Below, one piece after another: positions 1 to 7,452 of a DNA stretch of 11,295 bases. The stretch spans positions 1 to 11,295 of the forward strand of contig CAYFHS010000056.1 of the NCBI GenBank assembly GCA_964342815.1, given 5' to 3'. How positions within the stretch are numbered: the stretch's first letter is position 1; each line of letters begins with the position of its first letter. The notes under the pieces are model-generated. The model was not told the origin of the DNA. It made no database searches and saw only the letters and a list, made by a program, of their open reading frames with translations. The DNA comes from an uncultured archaeon. Its GTDB lineage: Archaea; Thermoplasmatota; Penumbrarchaeia; JASLWR01. Made by a program: the position numbers and the translations under genes.

Positions 1-413
1 GAACAAAGTGACTGTCTTCTTGGTAAAGTTGAGCCAGAATGGGTCGGCTTTACACAACAACGTGAAGATGAATTGTGTTTGAGTCGTGTAAAGGGACACA
101 GAAAAGATCCATGAATCCCTTCAAACGCCGCTGGGACCTTTCGTTCAGCTCCCGACCACCTCTGGGATAGCCCAACCGGAGGAACGGAAAATGCTCCTTG
201 AGAATGCAAGCGGGTCGCCTCCTCCGTCTGTTTGAAGTTGACCAGATGGACTTCCATTCACCTGAACTCCACAAAGCCAAAGGAAGCACGGTTCCGTACA
301 ATATACCATGGACTGGGTCACATGCCGCTTGGTCATCTTGACCTTGTGACTTTGTTCGAGTAACGAGTTCGGTCAACAATAGCAGATAGTTTAGTATCTA
401 TTGCATATTAAAC

Positions 414-439
414 TTTAAATATGAATAGGTTTTATTCAT
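414..439 (+). promoter_or_regulatory. TATA-like box plus palindromic operator candidate for the CDF gene
   Basis: TTTAAATA at 414-421 ends 25 nt before the ATG at 447. A perfect inverted repeat ATGAATA-ggttt-TATTCAT lies at 421-439. There is no obvious SD, consistent with a leaderless mRNA. Confidence 0.55.
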
Positions 440-446
440 CAAAATT

Positions 447-1640
447 ATGGTTCAATTGAAATTCTCCGGTCTTATACCAGATTACGGAGATCCTACCGAT
501 CCAACCATTCGTGCAAAATACGTGTATTTAGAGGTTGGAATAAGCATTATCGGCAATTTGATACTATTTATACTCAAGCTTTCCTTGGGGATATTTATCA
601 ACAGTATTGCTCTTATTGCTGACTCGATCCATACACTCTCTGACGTCGGGACTTCGATTTTGATTATCTTTGGTTTTTCAATGGCGAAGAAACCCGCAGA
701 TAAAAAACATCCTTATGGTCACGGTAGAATGGAACACATAGCCACATTGGTTATGACCATACTCTTATTCCTTGCAGGAATTACTTTTATTTGGCAGTCA
801 ATGAGCAGATTCACAGATTTAATTACGCTGCTTCACGGCGAATACGCAATAATGATCGGAATAATAATAATCGTAACCGCCATCGGTAAAGAAATTATGG
901 CCCAGTATTCAATGGCCCTTGCTAAATTGATAAAAAGCGATGTTTTAGTGGCGGATGCGTGGCATCACCGATCCGATGCATTGGCATCCATTGCAGTAGG
1001 GTTGAGCATTATCGGATCAAACATGGGAATACTCTGGCTCGATCCGTTGTTTGGCGTTATTATTTCAATTATAATCATTTATGTCGGATATAAAATATTC
1101 AAGAAAACCTCCAATATCTTGATTGGCACGGCACCTGAATTGGAATTGATCGAACAGATCCGCCAGATGGTCATGCAGATCGAAGGGGGAAAGGATATTG
1201 AGAATATCAATGTTCACGATTACGGAACCACAAAGATAGTCTCACTTCATCTTTGTGTAGATGGGGAATTTACTGTTGAAGAGTCCTGCAGGATTGCTGA
1301 TAAAATAGAAGATCATATAAAGAAAGAATTAGGATTCCTAACGAATATACGAATTCAGCCAAAAAAAGAGGGGTCGGATCATTGTTCCTTAGATGGCAAA
1401 GATATAATCCTGAATACTATCGAAAAAGGCTTGCCAGTAAGCCTACCTGAACATGACAAGGCAATAATTAAAATATATATGGACCTGTTCGATATAGATC
1501 GGGTCCGTGCCGAAAATATCTATAATGTGGGTTACAAACAGCTGAAAGATATGAATGATGCAATTCTCGAAGAACTATTATGTATAGATAGAATAAATCC
1601 GACAATAGCAAAAAGGATTATCAATAAATTAAAAGAATAG
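447..1640 (+). CDS. Cation diffusion facilitator (CDF, FieF/YiiP-like) metal transporter with C-terminal HhH-like extension
   Basis: 397 aa with about 6 hydrophobic segments. CDF signatures: SIALIADSIHTLSD (TM2 HxxxD, H62/D66), PADKKHPYGHGRME loop, ADAWHHRSD (TM5 HxxxD, H173/D177), WLDP, and a cytosolic dimerisation-type domain followed by ~90 extra residues. Confidence 0.93.
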   Translation: MVQLKFSGLIPDYGDPTDPTIRAKYVYLEVGISIIGNLILFILKLSLGIFINSIALIADSIHTLSDVGTSILIIFGFSMAKKPADKKHPYGHGRMEHIATLVMTILLFLAGITFIWQSMSRFTDLITLLHGEYAIMIGIIIIVTAIGKEIMAQYSMALAKLIKSDVLVADAWHHRSDALASIAVGLSIIGSNMGILWLDPLFGVIISIIIIYVGYKIFKKTSNILIGTAPELELIEQIRQMVMQIEGGKDIENINVHDYGTTKIVSLHLCVDGEFTVEESCRIADKIEDHIKKELGFLTNIRIQPKKEGSDHCSLDGKDIILNTIEKGLPVSLPEHDKAIIKIYMDLFDIDRVRAENIYNVGYKQLKDMNDAILEELLCIDRINPTIAKRIINKLKE

Positions 1641-1805
1641 TGAAGAATAAACTGCTTTGGACCTTATCTGCAACGTTTTACCGAACTATCCATCTTGCAA
1701 TATATTCTTTTTCGGGTTAGAATTGAAGCTTCTTTACTTTGCCACTTCATTGTACAATAATAATGTTCCGATAAACCAAATTTCCTCGTTGCTATAGCTC
1801 AGGAT

Positions 1806-3074
1806 ATGGTCGACATGATATGGAAGTTCAGCCTTTATGGATTTCTGAAAAACCTCAGGTTCTTCGAGCCATTCCTTTATCTGTTCTTTCTTTCAAGGGG
1901 CGTCAGCTTCTTCCATATTGGAATACTGATTGGCATAAGGGAGCTTTCCCAGATCGTCAGCGAAGTTCCCACCGGAGTACTTGCGGACCTTATCGGGCGG
2001 CGGAGGACCATGGTATTCTGCTTTGGCTCCTACCTGGTGAGCTTTGTCGTTTTCTTTTTTGGACGGAATTTATGGGTATTTGTTCCTGCGTTCATTCTGT
2101 TCGGCATGGGTGAAGCCCTTCGAACCGGCACCCACAAGGCGATAATCCTCGACTACCTTGACAAGCACGATTTGTCACATGAGAAGACCAAGTATTACGG
2201 TTTGACCCGTTCCTGGTCCCTTATTGGCTCCGGTCTTTGCGCTCTGCTGGCTGCGGTCCTTGTATTCGTCACCAACTCCTATGAATATGTTTTCATCGCC
2301 TCCACGGTACCATACATTATAGCCCTGTTTCTCATGCTCAGCTACCCAAAATATCTCGATGGGAAAATAGAAAAAGGATCCTACCGGAATTTCTTAAAAG
2401 AAGTTTGGCAGCATATTCACGGTATCGTCCATTCCTTTAAGCACACACATGAACTTCTAAAGTCCCTGGGAAACTCTGCCTTCTTTGACGCTACCTTCAA
2501 AATTAGTAAAGACTATATCCAACCAATACTTCAGACATATGTAATTCTTGCCGGAGGCCTCTTTACAGGTATTCTTGCCATGAGTGAAAAACAGGAAATC
2601 GCGATTTTGATGGGTTTTTCTTTCTTTATTATATTCATGGTCGCTTCGTTTTCCTCACGTAATGCGCACAAAATAGAAAAAGCACTGAGGAGACCAAGTA
2701 AATCTCTCAATCTAATCTACGTAGTGTTCATGCTTCTGCTAATTGAGGTGGCCCTACTGCGAAGGGCAGAACTATTCTTTCCTATAATCGTAGTTTTCCT
2801 TTTCATGTATGTACTGGTCAACATTCGGCGGCCAGTGATAATTGGATGTATTGGGGATCGGATGGAAAAGGACCATAGGGCATCAGTACTTTCTATTGAA
2901 ACACAGCTAAAATCGATATTTGCAATGATCCTTGCGCCTATTTTCGGACTTCTCGCCGATGGGCTGGGGATACAATGGGTTTTCTTTGGTGCAGCTGCCC
3001 TGATGCTGGTGTTAATGCCATTATTGATGCTCAAAGAGCGAGGGGAAATCGGTACGGTGTTTAAGCACTTTTAA
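1806..3074 (+). CDS. Major facilitator superfamily (MFS) transporter, substrate unknown
   Basis: 422 aa with about 12 hydrophobic segments. MFS motif A (GVLADLIGRRRTM) is present, with second-half equivalents (IGDRMEKDHRASVLS; FGLLADGLG). An alternative start is possible at 1815. Confidence 0.9.
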   Translation: MVDMIWKFSLYGFLKNLRFFEPFLYLFFLSRGVSFFHIGILIGIRELSQIVSEVPTGVLADLIGRRRTMVFCFGSYLVSFVVFFFGRNLWVFVPAFILFGMGEALRTGTHKAIILDYLDKHDLSHEKTKYYGLTRSWSLIGSGLCALLAAVLVFVTNSYEYVFIASTVPYIIALFLMLSYPKYLDGKIEKGSYRNFLKEVWQHIHGIVHSFKHTHELLKSLGNSAFFDATFKISKDYIQPILQTYVILAGGLFTGILAMSEKQEIAILMGFSFFIIFMVASFSSRNAHKIEKALRRPSKSLNLIYVVFMLLLIEVALLRRAELFFPIIVVFLFMYVLVNIRRPVIIGCIGDRMEKDHRASVLSIETQLKSIFAMILAPIFGLLADGLGIQWVFFGAAALMLVLMPLLMLKERGEIGTVFKHF

Positions 3075-3077
3075 CCG

Positions 3078-3083
3078 TTTTTT
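3078..3083 (+). terminator. Oligo-T terminator candidate after the MFS gene
   Basis: T6 run 3 nt after the stop codon; archaeal intrinsic terminators are typically oligo-T. Confidence 0.4.
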
Positions 3084-3171
3084 AACCAAAAGAGTGAAGC
3101 TCCGGATACAGTACTCACCGGCCTACAGAATTATTCCGCCCGACATCATCCAGAATAAAATTAGTCTGACC

Positions 3172-3711
3172 TTAAGCCGGTTCCAGGTAGTCGTACTCTA
3201 CACTAAGAGAGTAATCGTTTCCCGTGTCCCAGTAACCGATGAAAGGGCCAATGAAAGGGAATTCGTCATACGTACCGCATTTGATGCAAGCTACGGTAAC
3301 AGATACTGTATCACCTAGACCTGCATTTTCGTCCGATGTCTCGTTTGCTTCCAATTCGAGCTTGATATTTCCAGAATCGCTTTCTTCACTGACTGAACTC
3401 CCGCCGCCGGATATGCTGAGTGAAAAGATGTCCTTGATATCATCACTATCCGAACCCGAATGATCGTCGGTCCAGGTCAAGGTGGCAACAAGCCTTACTA
3501 TGATGGAGCCATTCACAGAATAATCGTACGTAATCTCTGTCTCGGATGCCCCATCCCATTCGGGATTATCGAGATGGCCCGATTCTTGGGCGCTATCCGA
3601 TAAAAGTGAATATTCTTCACCTTTTGGCGGAGGATCGTCAGTACAGCCCATTAACCCGACCGATATGAAGATCATACTAAATATCATAAATGTGAACATT
3701 TTCCCTTTCAT
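3172..3711 (-). CDS. Acidic lipoprotein of unknown function
   Basis: 179 aa. Basic N-terminus, hydrophobic stretch and lipobox-like GLMG-C (C23), followed by a Pro linker and a D/E/S-rich, beta-strand-like mature region. Confidence 0.8.
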   Translation of the reverse strand: MKGKMFTFMIFSMIFISVGLMGCTDDPPPKGEEYSLLSDSAQESGHLDNPEWDGASETEITYDYSVNGSIIVRLVATLTWTDDHSGSDSDDIKDIFSLSISGGGSSVSEESDSGNIKLELEANETSDENAGLGDTVSVTVACIKCGTYDEFPFIGPFIGYWDTGNDYSLSVEYDYLEPA

Positions 3712-3960
3712 CTTATCACTTTTTTTATATTATCAATGAAGGATTATCTTTTTTCTTTACTTTATACTTTGTGTTAAAACAGATTGCTTTTGAGGACGCG
3801 CACGATCATATGCGAATTAATATCAACATCAAATTGTCCATTCACCGGGTGCGGGAAACATAAGCCTTTTGCACCATTGATACAAATTGAACGCTGGCAC
3901 ATACGGGCATTGTTCGATAATTTCTATATACCTGGTCCGGCATTTTGGTCCTTCGATATT

Positions 3961-5178
3961 ATGGGGAACCGATTATTCGACATGGAAGCGGAGCCGCTGC
4001 CCGGCACGGAACTCCGGGAGCGGGGCCACAGGCTTCGCAATGCAATGGAAAAAAAGAATATTGACGGCGCCCTCTTATGCGGCCTGGCCAATAAATTTTA
4101 TTTCGGCGGGATCGTCCAGCAGGGCATGATATACATCGGCCTGGAAGGAGAAGCGGTTTACCTCGTGAGAAGCGGACTTCAAAGGGCAATGTACGTCTCT
4201 CCCCTTGAGAACGTGATTCCATTTACGCGCTACGGCGACATTCCGGGAATACTTAAGGAACTTGGACTCCCCGCCCCCCGAAAGCTCGGCTTCGAGTCGG
4301 ACAACATGCCTGTGGCCGTTTTTGAGAAGTTGAAACTATCAATGGCGGGTATTGATTTTGCCGATATTTCTAAAGACGTTCTCCTGACGAGAATGATCAA
4401 AAGCGACTACGAGATAAGACAGATACGCAGGTCCGCAGAGGTGGTGGATGCCGGTATCGGCAAGGTACCTGAAATGCTGCGTGAAGGAATGAGTGAGCTG
4501 GAACTGCAGGCAATGATAGAATACGAAATGAGACTGGTGGGCCATCCGGGTGGAGTCCGGACGCACGGGTGGGACCAGGAGTTCGGAGCCGGTGCGGTTA
4601 TCTCCGGCGAGAACGGAGTCATCGGAAATTACATGGCGGCCGTTCTCGGAGGAAAGGGGCTTAGTAACGCGATGCCTGCCGGCCCGTCCACCGGTAAAAT
4701 CAAAAGGAATGAACCCATCATCGTGGACATGGGCGGCTGCTGGAACGGGTACTATACCGACATGAGCCGAACATTCTGCATGGGTAAACTTCCCAAGAAG
4801 GCGATGGACGGATATAGGTGGTGCAGGGAACTCCAGTACGAGATCGTAACGCGCATGGAAAATGATCATTCTTTTGCAGAATTGAGCGAATGGACATTCG
4901 ATAAAGCCTGTAAGATGGGTTACGGTGAGAACTTCATGGGAATCGGCGATGCAAAAGTATCTTTCCTGGGCCACGGGATCGGGCTGGAGCTTGACGAGTT
5001 TCCCGTCGTATTCCGAGGGTGGAAATGGGGGGTCGTACCCGGGCAGATCATAGCCATTGAGCCAAAGCTCATGTTTCCGGGTATAGGTGCCGTTGGTGTT
5101 GAGAATACGTGGTTGGTCACGGAAAAAGCCGGTAAAAGAAAGCTCGAATGCATTACGGATACCGGATACGAATTATAA
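3961..5178 (+). CDS. M24 family Xaa-Pro peptidase (prolidase/aminopeptidase P-like)
   Basis: N-terminal creatinase-like region plus all five M24 metal-ligand motifs: IVDMGG, YYTDMSRT, GHGIG, AIEP, VENT. Start placed at ATG 3961 (or 3982) rather than TTG 3784 because TATATA at 3925-3930 lies 30 nt upstream. Confidence 0.92.
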   Translation: MGNRLFDMEAEPLPGTELRERGHRLRNAMEKKNIDGALLCGLANKFYFGGIVQQGMIYIGLEGEAVYLVRSGLQRAMYVSPLENVIPFTRYGDIPGILKELGLPAPRKLGFESDNMPVAVFEKLKLSMAGIDFADISKDVLLTRMIKSDYEIRQIRRSAEVVDAGIGKVPEMLREGMSELELQAMIEYEMRLVGHPGGVRTHGWDQEFGAGAVISGENGVIGNYMAAVLGGKGLSNAMPAGPSTGKIKRNEPIIVDMGGCWNGYYTDMSRTFCMGKLPKKAMDGYRWCRELQYEIVTRMENDHSFAELSEWTFDKACKMGYGENFMGIGDAKVSFLGHGIGLELDEFPVVFRGWKWGVVPGQIIAIEPKLMFPGIGAVGVENTWLVTEKAGKRKLECITDTGYEL

Positions 5179-5289
5179 TTTATCGCCACGCTTTCATCGG
5201 AACTGGATATTAGAAAACATTTGAAAACGGGCTTTAATTTCCACGAAAGAACATAATTGTTAAATAATGGCTCAGTCATAGACAGTTAC

Positions 5290-6156
5290 ATGGAAAAAAT
5301 ATCTCCACGGTTTCATTTTCCCCTATTGGAAAAAAAGAAAAAAAAAACCATCGGATCATTCATTCCAATCCATTGTCTCCTGATTGCATTTATAATTATC
5401 ATTCCTGCATTACCGGGCCCGATTCAGCAGGTTGAAGCTCAAAACGCGGATTTCACACCATCGCCCATCTACTTTTTCACCCTTCGGGGCGGCTCCGAAA
5501 AGATAACGGGACTGGGGAATTACAAACCCGGCGACAAAGTGACGAATCTCACTGAACTGGATAATCAAAATCCGGTTGATTTTAAACTCAACATGATAGG
5601 AAAAGCGTATGACAAGACCATTGAGATAAACATACTGCTGAGCATGAATTCAAAGGACATGGCAGGAAAGAAGGTTCGCGCGCAAATGCTTTTCGATTAC
5701 AACAATGATGGAATATATGATACAAAGGTAGATTTTCCCGAATACGTGACCACGAAAACCTTCGATGTGGAAAATATAACCCTTCACCCGCAAAATTCCA
5801 TTGGTATCTTCCAGGATTATCCTGGCCTGGAATCCGGAAGGACCGGAGAAAATGCTCCCGGCGGCACTGTCACCGTTAGGATATGGAGAACCGACGACCA
5901 GGACGATTCAAATCTCGTGATTTACTGCGGAGCCTACAATCGGGCTTCAAGGGCCAGCATTCCGTACTACCAGGGACGATCTGACGGTGAAACGAACGGG
6001 GACGGATGGACTATAGAGATCCTGGTGGCGGTATTCATCATACTGGGCGGCGGACTTCTATTTCTTAAGGCGGGAGGAGATAAAAAACCAAAAAAAGGGC
6101 AGTTGAGAGAAGGAGGCAGGGAGCGGCGGAAGAGCAAAGGTAAAAAGAAAAAGTAA
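5290..6156 (+). CDS. Secreted/surface protein with signal peptide and C-terminal membrane anchor, function unknown
   Basis: Lys-rich n-region, hydrophobic h-region and VEA-Q cleavage-like site. Contains a DYNNDGIYD (DxDxDG-like) loop and a C-terminal TM helix (ILVAVFIILGGGLLFL) followed by a very basic tail. Start is ATG 5290, alternatively TTG 5257. Confidence 0.75.
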   Translation: MEKISPRFHFPLLEKKKKKTIGSFIPIHCLLIAFIIIIPALPGPIQQVEAQNADFTPSPIYFFTLRGGSEKITGLGNYKPGDKVTNLTELDNQNPVDFKLNMIGKAYDKTIEINILLSMNSKDMAGKKVRAQMLFDYNNDGIYDTKVDFPEYVTTKTFDVENITLHPQNSIGIFQDYPGLESGRTGENAPGGTVTVRIWRTDDQDDSNLVIYCGAYNRASRASIPYYQGRSDGETNGDGWTIEILVAVFIILGGGLLFLKAGGDKKPKKGQLREGGRERRKSKGKKKK

Positions 6157-6171
6157 TGAAAAAAACAGTTA

Positions 6172-6618
6172 CTATAAAAATTCGAATACGAGCCAGATAA
6201 GCATAACCCCGCCGCCCGCCCCCGACAGCATGCCGCTCATGAACCGCCTGAAGTTCGTACTTTCATATCTCGTTTTGTACTGCAACGTACCATCCACTAC
6301 CAGTGGAAGCTGGGTCATGCAGAAAACTATTATCATGGTCATGGGCGGAATGGTGTTTATTCTCCAGAAGACGAGCTCGGTCAGCAAAGAAATTATTATG
6401 GAAAAAAGCAGAAAGATATAGAACCCCAGGCACCGGGAGCAAAGAGGCATGGGGTTGCCCCGATAACGCAGACAGCGCTCCTCTTTCTGGTGACACAGGT
6501 GCGAAAAGAAATCCATGGAACGAAATATACTTCGATGTGTATTCAAACTTTTGCTGTTTTTGTCGTCTCGCCCCGTCCTTAGATCCACCACGGCAGGGTT
6601 TAACCCCCGACTCCTCAT
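6172..6618 (-). CDS. DUF2085-like membrane protein
   Basis: Signature FSHLCHQKEERCL...GNPMPLCSRCLGFY, followed by TM segments with PLVVDG..Q and YESTNFRRFMSG. The start may be 6618 (3 nt after the upstream stop) or 6516. Confidence 0.8.
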   Translation of the reverse strand: MRSRGLNPAVVDLRTGRDDKNSKSLNTHRSIFRSMDFFSHLCHQKEERCLRYRGNPMPLCSRCLGFYIFLLFSIIISLLTELVFWRINTIPPMTMIIVFCMTQLPLVVDGTLQYKTRYESTNFRRFMSGMLSGAGGGVMLIWLVFEFL

Positions 6619-6621
6619 AGT

Positions 6622-7167
6622 TTAGCGTTTTGAGTTATAAAAGTTCGGTCCGCCAAGATGGTGTATCAGGTGGGCCTTCCCCTCCGATACCTTCCATACC
6701 TCATGGAAACAACCCCTTCTAGCCGCGCATCGAAGGGCCCTCCCGAGATATATTCCATGATCGCCCATCTTGACAGTTTTCGCCACCTTGCATTCGATAA
6801 TTCCCATGACGCCCGTTAGCACGGGAGCATTTACTATCTTTCCTGTGGCCGTATCGAATTTCCCGCTCTCGAACTTATTCTCCCGAAAGCCGGATACCGA
6901 GCCGCAATATCTCACGACATCCATCATTTCCTGCCCGGGGATGTTTATTATGAACTCGCCGGACCGTTCTATGATGCCGGTTGTATGGTGTCTGGTTCCG
7001 ATTGCGATTGCCATAAGCGGCGGCGATTTCTGTACCGGCATGTTCCACGCAACCGTCATTACAGCTCGTTGGTTCTTGTGCTCTGCGGTTATCAGTATCA
7101 CCGGACCGCTGTTCACCATCCGGGTGGCGTATTCGAGACCTATCTCTTCAAAATCGTTTTCGGGCAT
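6622..7167 (-). CDS. Flavin reductase-like (FMN-binding split-barrel) family protein
   Basis: 181 aa with GPVILIT, MTVAWNMPV, PPLMAIAI, EFIINIPG, CGSVSG...NKF, IECKV, GDHGIYLG and HHLGG motifs. GGTGA SD lies 4 nt upstream of the ATG. Confidence 0.88.
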   Translation of the reverse strand: MPENDFEEIGLEYATRMVNSGPVILITAEHKNQRAVMTVAWNMPVQKSPPLMAIAIGTRHHTTGIIERSGEFIINIPGQEMMDVVRYCGSVSGFRENKFESGKFDTATGKIVNAPVLTGVMGIIECKVAKTVKMGDHGIYLGRALRCAARRGCFHEVWKVSEGKAHLIHHLGGPNFYNSKR

Positions 7168-7452
7168 GTAATCACCTTTGGCGAGATAATCCTATTAATG
7201 ATTCATCCATCTTTCTGCCGTTATTCCCACGGGCAGAAATCATTCAACCCCTCATGTATTTTTCCCGGTTTATTGCATATCAAATAGTGCTATATATCCT
7301 AAAGACGTTCAAGCTTATTATAGAAAAACGGAATCCACGAAGATATGGGAACAAGATTGGTATATTGTTAAAGACCTCTAATTAGTTTCACCGATAGCTC
7401 CATAAAGGTGAGAGTGCGAATATCCTGGTAAGATACTTGAAAAGAAGGATGG

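Noticed and set aside
34-160. Fragments resembling RNase P RNA (CAGAA..CGGCTTTA, ACAGAAA), group II intron domain V, or a hammerhead core (CTGA-AC-GAAA)
   Set aside because: The RNase P-like motifs are in the wrong order; the domain V and hammerhead candidates are too short and lack required stems.
50-379. 109-aa minus-strand ORF (TTG start) and the 63-aa ORF at 145-336
   Set aside because: No recognisable motif, non-ATG start or no SD, and several competing open frames; not supportable as a CDS.
3251-3711. 11-bp inverted repeat ATGAAAGGGAA/TTCCCTTTCAT within the lipoprotein gene
   Set aside because: Several 11-bp matches are expected by chance in 11 kb; both copies are coding and there is no flanking duplication.
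3784-3960. 59-codon Cys-containing N-terminal extension of the M24 peptidase in the ORF track
   Set aside because: TTG start without SD, and a TATA box lies inside it 30 nt before ATG 3961; probably open by chance.
399-7284. TATTGCATAT(T/C)AAA shared by two promoter regions (399-412 and 7271-7284)
   Set aside because: A rough estimate gives about one such 13/14 match by chance among AT-rich intergenic positions; the motif is not palindromic.
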